Shown in pieces: positions 22,492-36,676 of a DNA stretch of 64,000 bases; position 1 is the first letter of the stretch; each line of letters starts with the position of its first letter. Origin of the DNA: Yuukianura sp. NJ FZ-2021 (taxonomy: Eukaryota); contig CM102286.1 in assembly GCA_046563655.1 (NCBI GenBank), forward strand, positions 7,626,001 to 7,690,000, given 5' to 3'. Both the position numbers and the translations under genes were made by a program. The notes under the pieces are model-generated. The model was given only the letters and a program-made list of their open reading frames with translations. It was not told the DNA's origin and made no database searches.

Positions 22492-25400
22492 TTGAGGTTT
22501 ATAACTGCGACCGAAGTATTGCGCATTATAGTTTCGACTTTTGCAAAAGTTCACGTCTTCGGAATATTTTCACATTCTAGAATTATGTATTCCCGAATCA
22601 CCGCATCAGAATTTTTTGTGTTCATTTTTTCTGGCAGTACATTTGCCAACTCCAGTCGCATCAAATACGTAAACCTAAATTCCTATTTAGGCGGGAGTTG
22701 GGTTAGTTGCTACAACCATGTGATTATGTACTCCGCTAGTGCTGACATTTACAGTTCACATCCGCTAACTTTACAACTTTATTCAGAAATGGCGAAACGT
22801 AAGAGGTTGGAGAAGAGCTCCTGTGTCAATGTGACAATTGTAGGAGACGTCGTAGACACTACAGCTCCGTCATTTTGTGCACCAGATAGTCTTCACTACA
22901 TGACAAAAAATATCAACTGCATTGGCGTTGCTGCAGTTTTTCCGTTTACGCATGAGGAGGAAACGGACATGTTTGAATACTTGACGCAATATTGGCATAA
23001 CTTTGCTTATTACAAGAAAGAGGAGGGAGGGCGCACAATCGTTGAAAAGGAATGGAATGATCTATCACCGGAGTACTACATGCACAATACTCGATTGTTG
23101 CTAATAACTGACTCGTGCAGTTTCCAATATAAACTTGATCCATATTTACGCTTAAACACTTTGCTAAGTTTGAAGCTACACTACCCCCGATACTTGTGGC
23201 GAATCATTGTGAGAGTTGTTTACAACAAGAGATGCCATGGTACAGAGATCAATGGTTTTGAACTGAAAGCTGGAATTTCCGATAATTTTTCCAAACGATA
23301 CCATTTCGATGTTGCGAACACTATGCCACTCTTCATTAACTTTGAATTGATCCAAAGGCAAGTGTACAAAACTATTTCAATGACACTAACTAGAGATGGG
23401 ATCAGAATAAGATCGATGCCTGAGTTAATGCTGTCATCTCTCGAGGATTTCCTGTTGGCTGAATTCAATAGAACCTACTCGGAAGAAAAACTTCTTGATA
23501 TAATACGACAAGGTAATGTTTCGAATTTTCAGTTTTTGTAGTAACTCTCAAATTGCAAAACTTTTTTCTCGTAATACCGTAAACTTGAGTTTTCGAGAGA
23601 GCTAAACTTTAAGCAAATCGTTTTGGCTTTGGGTAGTCTCCTCCAATACTTCTGAAGACATAGTACAATCATAATGTTTACGTTAGGCGTCATCCAAGCC
23701 ATCCAATCACAGTGGGCTAAATTTAAGAAAGAATCCGCTAGAATTACTTAAAATATAATGTCAAAAACATTATGTTTGCTTTAAAAGTTGAGTTGATAAC
23801 CTGCTATGAACATGTTTACTGTAGACACCATGAATGTACGCCTCCACCGTGGTACTTACCGCAACAGCAAGGGACGCACACGGCACATTCTGCTCAAATT
23901 TCTTCAAATGTATGGAGTCACTTGTCATCAAGAAGGCATGCATTTTGGATTCGAAGACTACACAAAGCCATTCGCCAAAAGTACATGGCTGGTCATGGGT
24001 ATTTTATTTGTGTTGGTATGTGTATTCTTCTTGGCGTGCCCCCAATATAACGCAGTATCGCTACAAGTCCCCGTGTTCTTTTGCGCCACACTCTTGGAGG
24101 TGGCTTACTCATTGACAAATATTCCCGGCATTCGCGGAAAAGGAATACAAGTTTTTACCGCAATATTTCTGTTAATGGCCCTGGTGATTACGAATGGCTA
24201 CAAAGGAATTGTTACTACCTCGCTTGCACTCCCATTTCCGGAATATGAACTGGAGTCTATTGAAGAAGCACTAGGTCGAAGCTACACATTCATTCCAGGT
24301 AGGTACCAGGTCAAAACCGCTGAACCAAAAGCCATCACTCAATAACACTCGAAAAAAATAATCGCCTCCAGTAAGGAACTCCGCCGCAAAAAAAAAACTT
24401 GTAAAAACACTTTTTTTTTCACTGTGTAGGCAACGGTTTTTTTTTCTAGAGGAGGGTTTTGTCAAGCGCGTTAATTTTTTCGACTGCTATTGAGCGACGA
24501 ATATTGGTTCGGTTGTTATGGGTTGCTCCGTTATTCTAGATCCACATACAGACGAGCTATACTGGCTTTACTGTCTACGCTCAAATGATGGAGACGGATG
24601 GAGCAGCATACGGCAGTCACTTGAACAACGCTTGGCACAAAATGGACTAACATTCAAGGAATACATCGTCTCTCGTTTACAGTTCAGTTTCCTAGTACAA
24701 TTCTTCTTCTTCCAAGAAAGAACGGATGCTGTCTACAACATATTTGATGACAGGATGTCTTCATACTTCAGTAAAATGCAACAAGGTGGTAAAACCAACA
24801 CCTCTATGTACAAATTGCTCTACAACCTAACACTCTTGCCCTGTGATCTCGCCTACCATCACAAACTTGCGCAGTGCAAAAAGGAATTCGGAATCGCGCC
24901 AACTTACTTGGACACTACAGTTGCAAAGAAATTCCTCGAGTATGAAGCAGAATTGAGTTTTGGGAAATCTGTTTCTAGAAATTTCTATTACTTTTTGGAC
25001 AAAACTTTACTTTCGGAGGATATGGTACACAGTTTTAAGGTCCAAACTGGTGACCAATACGACATTTCACCGAGTTTGAAACGGCTCGAGCAGTCAGGCG
25101 TTATGATTAGCCGTTACAGTACTTTTACGTACATTCATAACAGGCAACAAATTAAGTTGGCACTGGAAAGGGCGGATAAAAATGTTGGTGGTCCGATGCA
25201 ACTGAGTCTGGGTTCCAGAATATTGTTAGTGTTTTTCCTTTTGCCTTTTGGATCTCTGTTGGCCCTATTGTCTGCAACAGTTGAAGCTGTTATCATACCT
25301 AAATACGTTGCACTTAAAACTCTTGTCAAAACTAAACTGACGCATCGCAACGTCAGTCAACGTCATTCGGATTCGCCGGTTGAAGTACTTCTGCTACTGT

Positions 25401-25525
25401 GTAAACCAGTATCTATGCTTAACTTTGGCTTTGCTACAGAATCATCCGGTGAGATCAAGCCAGCATCAGATTCAGAACTGAACAAGCAACCCACTGAGGT
25501 CATCACTTGCGTAGATATAAAATAG
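22492..25525 (+). CDS. Divergent ionotropic (chemosensory) receptor-like membrane protein; integrity uncertain
   Basis: Pre-M1 YTKPF...TW plus a hydrophobic M1, a pore-like FCATLLE segment, M2 LVITNGYKGIVTTSLALP...LESIEE, S2 end RLEQSG and M3 LSLGSRILLVFFLL, after a long N-terminal extracellular ORF. The junctions between the three ORFs and the start codon are not cleanly resolved. Confidence 0.65.
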
Positions 25526-26398
25526 AAAAAAAACGATTTTAAGGTTAAGTTAAAGTAGTGAAAGCTACTGTATGCATCCACTTCGTCCGTCTGTATGCCT
25601 GCATAGTCTCACGTTATCCCAAAGACGGCCCTAACTTACTTAATGTTAGCCCGGTGGGCCAACCCCTTCTGGGCAAGGTTTCATCTTTGGTTACAAAAAC
25701 ACCTCCACAAAAGGTTGTTAAGACAAATACGACAAACAAATACAGAAAAGGCAGTTGAATCTAAACCTAGTTAGGCAAGCATAACCAGTAATTTACCAGT
25801 ACATATATCACAAAAAAATAATTTCATAATTCGGAAACTGAAAAAATTTCCACCATACCATCAGCTTTTAGACACACACAATCGTTAATTTAGTTTTATT
25901 CCCTCCTGTATTGTGCATGTTCCACTGGTCTTTGTAACACCACACAAATCAGTTATTGTTTGCACTTGAATTTTAAGTTAGTTTTTCCTAACGTAGAACA
26001 TAGTAGTAGTAGTAGCTAGTACTTACTTTATCAATCACTTAAGTAATAGTCAAAATTTAAATTGGGAGTACAAATGCATGAGAAAGAAAGGTCATTGGAA
26101 ATTGAAAAATAACGTATGAATAACATTACGATTTACGACTTATCAAGTAAACATTGCCTAGTACATAGTATAATAGTCAAAAAGTCAGCATTGGTAAGAA
26201 AAAGACTTAAAAGTATCCTAAAAAATTCAAAGCCTAGTACAAACTTCTTTTTTCTGGTTTAGAACTCCCGTCACCATGAAAAATACTGTAGAAAATGGGA
26301 ACCATTCTTTTCTTCTGCCAAAAAATTTTAGAGAGTCCTTTTCCTTTTGTTTTTACACGGGAGTGTACAGGTTGAGCAACTCTTTGAGAACAATCATT

Positions 26399-29300
26399 TT
26401 ACATTGGAGCTTGGTTGGACGAAGGAGGGCCTATGGGACCCAAGTCTGTATTATTCTTCAGAAAGTATCTGCAATTCAATTCAAAAAAATCCTTCAATAA
26501 TTTATCACATGTAGAACACTTCAACGTTAGTCTTACTTTTCCAACTTGGCGATAATATGCTTGCCGTAAGTGTATTTGCGAAGCTGAGCAAGATGGGGCC
26601 GGATTCTCTGCATCAGCATTTTCCGTTGAGATGGTTCTGCGACATCGATCATTTTTTGTACAACGTAATTTGCGTATTGGTCTTTCATCATAATGTTCAG
26701 TGGACTTGTAGTAACGCTGAAAACGAAAAATTTTCATTACAATTATGGCAATGGCATACGGATTTCTACCTATGACCTACACACCTTAAATATTCATACG
26801 CAACATCAAATTTTTATGTAACTAAAAAATGTTGGTAAATACCCGTTTTCCGTATTGTACGCCGTTACTTCATCAATGAGATACGTTTTGTCCTGGCGAG
26901 TGGCGTATGTAACACATTTTTCTACAACGTTTGAAGCAAATTTGTGCTGAGAGTATGAACAAACTTTTCCTTTTACAATAGCTACAATCTTCGTTTTATC
27001 CTCGGGCTTTCCATGCTCCAGGATATGCTGCACAACGTAATTTCCATACTGATCTTGAATCAGTGCTTCGGCCTGTTCGTGGAGTTCATCTAGAATGGGC
27101 TGCGTCTGTTCAACGGTGCAGTGTTCCAGGATTCGCTGAATCACGCGACAACCGTAGGGGTGCGTCGAAAGTGTGTAAATCTGTCAGAAACAATCATTGA
27201 TGTTGAAAACAATGGAAAACTACAACGTAGTAAACTTGGATTCAGTGTCACGTGACATACCTGTCCATGAAAAGCATTGATGATGAAACTTAGGGAATGA
27301 GGATCAACGCATTCGATGCATTTTTGAACAACGTGGTTTCCATTCTGGTCCTTGACACACTTCAGAACATGACCATCCAGTTCCCTCACAATCTCCTTTT
27401 GCAAATCAGTTCCAATCGATTCTAGAGCCTTCTGAATAACGCGACATCCGTACATTTGTAGAGCAAGCGGAAGGACGTGACCTAAGATTTTAGTAGCAAG
27501 CGCAGTCTTCTGTTCTGGTGATCCGAATTCAAAGAATTTCTGAATAACGTAATTTCCAAAGACGTCCGTCATCAATGGGTAAGCTGCTCCAATGATCTCA
27601 GTGAAAACGAGCGTCTTTTCGGCTGGTGTAGCTCGCTCTAATTTCTGTTGGATGAATCTGTAACGAAACGAAATTCACAAATCATGCTCTCCTTTCCGTT
27701 ATACTATTGATCACAATTGAAGTTCTTGTGTTACCTGGATCCATGCTGATCCTGTGAGAACTCGAACATGTGATTTACGAGGTCACGGAGTTGGAGATTA
27801 GGAAATCGATTATTGCGAAAGTCTTCGAGCAGTCTAGAACGCCCACTTGGTTTGTCCAGTGAGTTGGACTGACGTCCAATTTTTGGAAACAAAGGACTCG
27901 TAGACCCGAAAAGTGCAGTTCCAGCACGAAGCCCTTTGTCGCCCATCAGCCTTGAACCTCCATTCATCAGTCCTGGTGGTGGAGAGCCTAAGAAATAACA
28001 TAAGGATTAAAACCTAACATTATAATTTGAAACTTTAACACAACGTCACAGTAAGTTGTCCAGCGTCACTTTTGAGCCGGAGGTTAGGTGTAAAGACAGA
28101 AACCTCAAGAAAGTTAAATTTATACAATGATTCAAAATTACCCAGCCCATAAGAACCCGGAGTTCCCCATTTTCGTTCCGAATCGAATGAATCCCGCCGC
28201 AGCCCACCTAAACCATCCAATCCATCACCGATTAATTTAAAATCCATCACCCTATTCTAGTGTACCGGAACATTTAAAACTCTCAGCCCAAAAAAAAAAG
28301 TTGCTGTGAAAAGTATAACTTGGACAGCATTTTCCTTCATTAACAACGTTTTAGGCTTAAGTTATGTTCCAAAGTTACTGCTTAAGTAGTGACCTGTAAT
28401 AACTGGCGAAGCATTTTGAGAAGCAGGATTATAAGCCGGACCGCCATATTGTGGACTGACCCCAAACCCTCCTATCAACATGAAATAAAACAATATTTAA
28501 AATTGAACTGTTTCATAATGTACAAGCTGAGCAAATGTTTCCTACACGTTCATTTTAAAGCATCCGATCATAAGACTTATAATAAGCAGTTACACGCATG
28601 TAGAATCAAAAGTTGTCGTACCAGGACTGTTGACCAAGATGGACGTTGGAGACAGGAGACGCAGCGGAGTTGCTCCGCGACCCATAACAAGCCCGCCATT
28701 TTGATCGTAGTAGGCTGGAATCACTTGATACTGGCTTGGTTGTGGGCTCAGTTCAGTTCCTGGAGGACTCAGAGGTCGGCGGGAAGTTGGAATTTGCCCA
28801 GTAGTTGCTCCAATTACGCCTGCAGTGGGGTAGATTCCCCATGGGGTCATTCCGTAGTACCCAGGCATAACAGCCGAACCTGCAAAATTTAATACAATCA
28901 TCATCTAAAACTGTTCTTCTTTTGTAAGAAATGTTTTCTCTCGACCACAATTGAAACGTTACTCCAAAGAAAATAAAAAATAGGACTTGATGTTTCCTTT
29001 TGTCATTTGTAAATTTGAAGCTTAGAGCAAATCACGCAGCATGTACTGCGATTTCACAAGGTATTCCACCCAAGGAGACTTCGCAGTGATGGATAACATA
29101 ACTTGAGTTAAAACAATTTCCCTTTTTGTCTCATTTTGAATTCATAGAATCAACTTTCAAAAATGCTTGAGAAAGTACAGTGGTGTTGTAAAGTAACAAT
29201 AATCAGAGTAGCGATTCATGGTCGCTACACTTCTGCTATAACAATAAAAACCCAAAGACAATCGTGAACGTGATGCTGCAAAACAGGAAATCCTTTGTTT

Positions 29301-32300
29301 TCTTTAAAAATGGGCCAGAAAGATGTAGAAAGGAGAGTACTTGATTTTCTGCTAATTGTAAGATGAAATTTAACGTTGAGCAATTCAGGTTTACGGCCGA
29401 ATGCTAAAGACGCCTTTCACAAAATTTAGTGCTAGACATTATACTGTCAGAGCAACGACAGAGCTTAGAGTCATAGTTGTCACTCATCGTCAGTTAACAA
29501 ATTTTACGCACTCATTGCACCTTTCATGCTAAAATTTAAACAACTCCTTTCCAAAAAATAACTCCAACATGTTGATGGTTTCAAACGCCTATTGTTATGC
29601 TGGCTGAATTTGTGTTGAAGAGATTTCTATCACTTAAGTTAACATTTGGAGGTAATTGTAGTAGTAATTGATATTACAGTAATCTTTTAACTAATAACTT
29701 ACCGGCTGGAATAAGAGTGTATGGCTCCTGTGGGTTGATGAGGTACGGCCCCATTTGGTGGTATGTTGGAGACCCAGGCGGAAGTCCGGCAGCTTCAACG
29801 AAAAAGTAAGTAAAACGTAAGATGCGTAGTTCGTTTCAATTTAACATTTAGATTTTGTAATGTTAGTACCAAGATGCTGCTGCTGTTGCTGGAGATATTG
29901 TTGGGGTATTGGCATTGTCGTCCCATTTCCGTTTGCTGCCGCGGTTCCATTGTGGTTCCGGAATAACTAAAACGAAACCAAAAAAATACTTAATTTCTTC
30001 TGTTGACCTGTATTTCAAATTGAGGTTAGTCTATATCTTTAAGTTTCGCGATGAATTTATGAAGAATTAACCGTCTAGCATTTGGTACAGTTTTAGCATT
30101 TTATTTCAAAATTAAGAGATTACAGCATCTCTCATCACTTAAAGCAGCATAGGTAATTTTTATTAACAACATCAACATCTACACGCGCATGACAAATTCA
30201 AGTGCACTCAAGCCGCCAAAGTGCTCTAACTACCGTAAATGTACGTTCTCTGCCAAGGCTCTAGAAGTTAACACCTTTAAAAAGCTATGTCCACGCCATG
30301 TATTCATCAAAATATTTACATGTGAATGCTCGAACTATGCTCCTCGGGAAAAGTAGTAAACTCGACATGACTTTTCTAATCTTGAAACGCATTTTTGGTT
30401 AATGCTTGCGATTTATGCTTTTCAATTGTAGCGTGAAAAGAAAGAAATAAAGTGTTGCTAATATCCACGAGTTTTGCCTGTAATGGGTATGTTTAAAACA
30501 AATTACATTACTGGGATTATCAATTACTATTTCAGTGTAGGACCAATCAATCATGGAATTGCAAACTGTACAATAGTAATTCTGGAGGTGTTGCCTGCCT
30601 TGGGCTGATTGATTTAAAAGTTAAAGCTACATTGTTTTAAATCCAGTGTATATTTTTTTTTCTTCTAAAAACAAGAATTGGTTCACATTGCGTGAACTGA
30701 GCAAACTTTCTCGGCACGGAAATTGTTTCACGCGAACAGCACTCAATATCAATATGTTAACCATTGAAGTTGTTTTGTTTTTACTGAACATCGAAAACTA
30801 GCCACAAAATTAGATCAATGCAAAATTAATTAGTTGCAATACCAGATTTAACAAACAACACAAGAAAATCGATAAACTTAAAGTAGTACTATCCTGTTTT
30901 GTAACATTTCTCTTTAAAAACAATTGAAAGCAGAATTCCTTAGTATTTCCTTGCATCCTTAACCCCAACCTACATCCTCGTAGCATTGGTCAAGGTTTGG
31001 CCACAATTCACACCGTGTTAATTTATACCTTTTGGGCCATCCTTGTAGCAAATTTATTTTGCACATTAATAATATGTATTGGAGACAGCCAGTTTTCGCA
31101 AATTTCATAAGGAGGACACCAGTTTGGGCCATTTTAATTGCCCCACTGTCAAAAAAATGTTCAAAAACTACATTTGCACAAGATCGTTTTTCAAGTCCTC
31201 GGGCTCTCATTAATTCAAAATCTTAGGATTTTAGAACAAGCCTGCTACTTTTCTCTTTTGCCAAAAAAGTGAAATGTCACAAGATCTTCGAGATAACATG
31301 GAATCATCTCTTCTGTCCCAAATTTCACCACTGACATTGTCGGGATGAGAACAAACATGGCTGTGAGCCTAAATTAAAATCACCGTTGCTGCCAAATTCA
31401 TCATCTCTGGGCAACTTAAGATTTAGTCGTTATGCTCTCCTTAATTGTAATGAGTCTCTTGACATTTAGCAATTCTTAATCCTGGCGGTACCGCTAGTTT
31501 TTTAAAAGAGCTATTAATTAAAATAAATAGTAGTATAAATAATAAACTAGACTGGATGTATTAAGAAAAACCGTTAGAAAACTAAGTCACCGCCACACAC
31601 TATTCATACATGTGCAAATTTCTGCAAAACTCTTCTTCTCTTTTTTCAAAATGATTGTCCTACATTACTAAATAAGAGAAATGGCCGCGTGTCGTATGAT
31701 TTTTCGAAGAATGTACTGTAACTTCCTCGAGAAATACTATTACTATAAAAAGTGTATGTACAGGAAAGTAACACACGCAAGACTTTTTAGAAATTGATTA
31801 AAGTCTCTTTTGTTCTTGATACTCTGCCTCGGAGCAGTACGACAAAAACCAGTAAAGGTAAAATGGAAATGTAAAACATAGCCTGAATTTTAAGCAAAAT
31901 GGCGTTTACTGCCACAGGGGAGGTCGTTTACAAGAATTGGACAAAAATGGCAAAATTCAACTTTCACTCGTACAACTCCGTACAATTTACCCACTTTAGG
32001 CTAGCAGCATGCAACAATTCCATCGAAATGGAATACGCACGTATTCAGGAACATGTAAAACTGAAGGGTAACATCAAAACATTCAATTGGTTTAGAACGC
32101 AAGCCACTAGCCATACAACACATTGATTGAGCAGGTTGACTAACAAAAGTTGTAAAGAAAAATTCAATGAAGATTCAATGAGAAAACGAGGAAGCGAAAC
32201 TGAAACATAATTATATGAATTAAGTTGGACCATTTTGCTTGAAATTGATCATCGTACTAAATGTCTGACAAAATTGGAAATAATTGGTACAGAAAACAAC

Positions 32301-35300
32301 AATGGCATCGAATTCGCTCATCAGTGGATAGCAATTGCGCAGCCTCTCTAACTTTACAATTACAAAAGTTGAGCATCTTTCCATCGCTAAAGCTAAAACT
32401 CTCCTGTGCAAATCACAAATTTCAGTTTTCCTAATTTCGAGCTTTTAAATTGATGACAGGGTACTCAGAATTGTTCCAATTTCTAGCTTTGAAGGAAAGC
32501 CAAAACGAAATGTACAAGAAAGTTGATGAGTGTAGCCAACAATAAAAAAAATCATAAAACTCAAAAATGGAGTGAACAAGAACAAAAATTTAGCAAAATT
32601 GGAAATTGCTGCGTGTACAAGAAAACGGCAAATTCAAGAAAAAGGAAACTGTATGTCGCCAAACCGGTTTTTTCTTCTATGCTACCAACAAATAACAATA
32701 ATAATACTGTACAAGTAAACGAGTTACAAATCCTTACAGTTAGAGTAACTGACGACAAATTTCCACCAAAAACGAAACTTTTAGAGAAGCCTTATTTTGC
32801 AAATTCTTCGAAGAAAGTGAACCTTTCACACCCACACACACTACATCTGCAGATTGCTTTAATACATGAAAATAAAATTCTGAATCTTGAGATACTAAAA
32901 ACTAAATTTTGAAATTAAATTTCATTGTTAGTCCAGAATGAAAGCAATACCTTAACTAGTTCCTTCGGTACCAAAGGGCCCACCGAGTGGTGGAGCCCAA
33001 TGAACCGCTTTGTCATCAACTTCACCATGAATCTGAAGCGTCTCAGAGGGTTATGTGCAGAAGATTTTTGCAATTTGTACACTTTACAAAACAGAAGTCG
33101 GTTAAGACGTCTCACCAAACGCTTTCACCAGAATTCATAGTCGTCACAGGACTTCAGTCGAACTTAACTACAAATGTACTTGGATTCACTTATTATAGGA
33201 TTAGTCACATTTGCAGAAAACGGTGCAAAACTGCTACTGACTCGCTCAATTTAGATCATAGCTGAACTGTTTCTGGAAAAACCAACCAATCACAGCTTGC
33301 AGAACATGACGTGTGCACAATCCCAAACACTAGCGGCTTGTTTGTTGTATCACTTTTGAGGATGGTGACACGCGAAAACACTAACGACTGATTGACAAGA
33401 AAAATAGTAGCTCAATCCGAACGAACAGGGAAATATTTAAGATTCGGTCGATTACGGATTTCAATGCTAGTTGCTTGTTACTTTTTGCAAGAGAAGAGTC
33501 AATATGCAAAAACTACCCACAAAATACAAAAATGTTCAACTAACTTTTACATTTAAAGCTTTAAAACCGTGAACCGCTCCAATACAACTGAGGAGAGTAA
33601 CTGGTCTCACCAAACAAGAACACCATGCAATGCATGACAGGAAAAAAGTTTAAAAGAATAACGTCGTTTTCAGAATGGCTCCAATTCCGCAGAGAGAGCA
33701 AAAACAAAAGGATATGGCAGGGGAGCTTCTTCCCTGAAGACGTATTTCGTACTTCCTAGTCACTTGATGAACAAGTTTTCACTTATTGCAAGCATCTTGC
33801 AGACTAAAAGAGCAGCATCGAGGGAAAAGAAGAAGGTGAAAAAGTTTAAGTGGAAACCACTCGAGTCAACGGCCGTTGTCAGAACTTCCAATCTCAAACT
33901 GTTAAATGTTGGAACATAAACAATGAAAATACTTTTGACCCATATCGCCTCATCTCTCAATTTCTCACAAAGTCAAAGTCGCGTGCAAGGTTGTCTGTTG
34001 TCGTCTTTTGCTCAAGGTGGATCCAACGAATTCAAAATCTGTTCCACTTTTCTTTTTGGCGGGGCTAATAAGTGCGGAACTTTTAAATTTACCTTGGCTG
34101 ATAAATTCTTAATGACTTTCGTGTTCAGTGAATCTTGTTTTCCAGTGTAACGGTTTACAAAACTGTAAAAAAGCGACTTCCGCTCGAAATGAAATGGGGT
34201 TTGAACGAAATTTTGCTTTCTTGCTTAAATTTCAGCCTAAACAACTTATGCAATGCTCTGAATCAATCAATGATCAAAAAGAGGTTTGAGAATTTTTCTC
34301 GTTTTAGAAGTTCAATTTGCAAAGTCCGGAATGCTGCGGATCTGGAAAAATGTAGATGAGTGAGAATCTCACAGGGTGTCGTTGGTTTAAACCAGTTGGT
34401 TTAAACCATGGTTTAAACCACGGTTTAAACCAGTTGGTTTTTTTAAAAAAACCATTGGTTTAAACCAAATCAAGAATTTCATGCAAAATGATAAAAAAAA
34501 TTGAAAATAGTTTGACAGGAGCTTTGTTTTTGTCCTTTTCTGTGAAACTATTTTTAGTTTTGCTTGAAAAACTAAAAACTCTTGCTGTTTCCAGTGTATT
34601 TTCAGAATTAGACCGCCTTAAACGCATTCAAAGTTCAATGCGCCATTTCGTTTTAAGGCTAAAATGGTTCGTAGTTTTGAGTTAATTGAACAATGAGTAG
34701 CGGTAGGAAACGTGACATGGTTTGGTTAAGCTTCCAGGAAGTAGTTTCTCGTGACCGAAAGGTCAGTAGGACAGAATGTAACGCCTGTGGGCAAGAAATG
34801 GAAGGTCAAGTGGCTCTTTTTAACTGCAAAGGTTCCGAAAAATGAAATGGATTCCACTAGGAAGACAATGTCGCAGGCACTGCTTCCTATTCATTATTTG
34901 GCCAATCTGATGCATCCTGTCTAGCTTGGTAAAAAACTGTCGGAGCAAATAATTGAACTCGCCGCTACTTATGCAGCAGTTGAAAACGAAAGGGCTCCAT
35001 GAATTTTAGCAGTCTTTACGCAGTACAGAGCACAAATGGGACCACTCCGAAAAGTTTTGTTTTCTAACACTGTTTTAACCGACATATCTGCTTCGGATTG
35101 GTAGAACTTATATTGTTTTAGTTTAATTTAAATTTCAAATTGATTCGAAAGGGTACCTAATGAAAATATACCAGATCTTGGCACCCATTTTTAATTTATT
35201 TCTACACAATTATATTCTTCTTCGCGCATGAATTCTCAAGCTTTGGTTTAAACCAAAAAAACCAAAAAAACCTGGTTTAAACCAAAAAAACCGGTTTTTT

Positions 35301-36676
35301 TGGTTTTTTTGAAAAAAACCGAAAAAACCCGACACCCTGGAATCTTATGAAGGCGAAATTCAAATTGAAACTAATTTTTTGAAACTATTTTTTGATTAGC
35401 ACAGCGGCATTTACGTCCATTCTTACGTCCAAAAACTTTTCGAAAAAAAAATTCATTCACGGAACAAATAAGAGTCCGGCAAGCAAAGTTACAAAAAAAA
35501 AATTGGAAAATGGATTTAGATATCAATTTTTTTTTAGCAAAAACCTTAAGAAATGACTTCTAATCCGTTATTAAAGTGAAACCCAGAAATTCTTTTTCAA
35601 AAATCATTTCTATTCAGAAAATTGATTTTTAAAGAAAATGTCCGACTCCAAGTTGCCGAGGGCTGCTCTGATACTTCAAGAAAAAAGTGAATGTTTTTCA
35701 CCAACATAAGAAACTAAATTGGAATATGAAATTCGGAGAAACGAACTTATCGGGAAACCTTTTGAATCTGGAGCGAACCGAGCTCGTACCCCTTAATGCT
35801 TGTTTTTCAAAGAAAGCTGCGCAGCATATTGCATATATGTTTTTTTTTATGGAAAATGTGTTTTTAGAAAGCAGTATATTGCTGAACAGTGAAATACTCT
35901 GACTCGGTCAAGTATAAAGTGCAAAACAAATACAAATCATTAATCTTTATAATGCCAAATCTTACTTGATGTTGGTCAGCGTATGGAGAACCCATAACAT
36001 TCGGCTGATGATGTGGATGAATCATGTGATTCAGATTCCCGTACGGAGACTCGTAGCCCATGGAATGTGGTCCTCCATGCTGAGAGTCCACGGGGAGTTC
36101 GAATCCGTCCAGTTGCCCGTTGTGCGACATGTTATGATGATGTCCATTTAAACCCGGATGATGCCCAACTCCGGACATGATCTGAGCATGACCCTCTTCG
36201 ACTCCAATCGTTGCAATGGATTGATTCTTCTCATCATGAATGTGAATGGAAATGTGTTGTCCATGTGGTTGAGCATGGGAATGTTGCTGATGTGGCAGAG
36301 ACTGTTGTTGAGAATGGATCGACATGCCGTGGTCATCCAGTCCATTCTGATTCTGTGCAATGCCGTTCTCTCCTTCCTTCTTTGTTTCGTTCTTGTCCTT
36401 GTCATCCTGTAGGCAAAACATTCAAATTATTCCTAACATTTCAATTCCATCGGCATTCGACAACTTAAAATCTGCATCAGTTGGTTACTTACGACGACAA
36501 GATTTCTCATACGAGCGTCCAGGTCTTTCGTCAGAGGAGATGCATCACCCAGAACGTACTCGACCACAGACTTAAGTCCACGGGACTCATTTGATCTGGG
36601 AGACATGATGGAGGTGTTATCTGAATATCCGCCGTGTTTTCTGGGCAAGCCAAGGCTGCCTGTGACATGATGATCT
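26399..36676 (-). CDS. pum: Pumilio (PUF family RNA-binding protein); 5' exons probably extend towards ~42600
   Basis: [38 protein letters not shown], Puf repeats ([70 protein letters not shown]), [13 protein letters not shown] and the N-terminal SVVEYVL motif. Large introns lie between ~30 and 36 kb. Confidence 0.97.
34372..35339 (+). mobile_element. Internally deleted hAT DNA transposon in a pumilio intron
   Basis: TIRs CAGGGTGTCG / CGACACCCTG, 8-bp TSD GAATCTCA / GAATCTTA (7/8 match) and subterminal GGTTTAAACC repeats. Transposase relics: BED-finger start [11 protein letters not shown]...[10 protein letters not shown] at 34693 and [10 protein letters not shown] near 34890. Confidence 0.9.

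Noticed and set aside
24343..24428. Tiny MITE remnant (ACACTCGAAAAAAA...TTTTTTTCACTGTGT) in the receptor gene
   Set aside because: The inverted match is mostly A/T homopolymer, too weak to call without other copies.
25550..26398. Pumilio autoregulatory elements (UGUAHAUA) in its own 3' UTR
   Set aside because: By eye I found no exact TATNTACA on the + strand in this interval, only partial UGUA cores.
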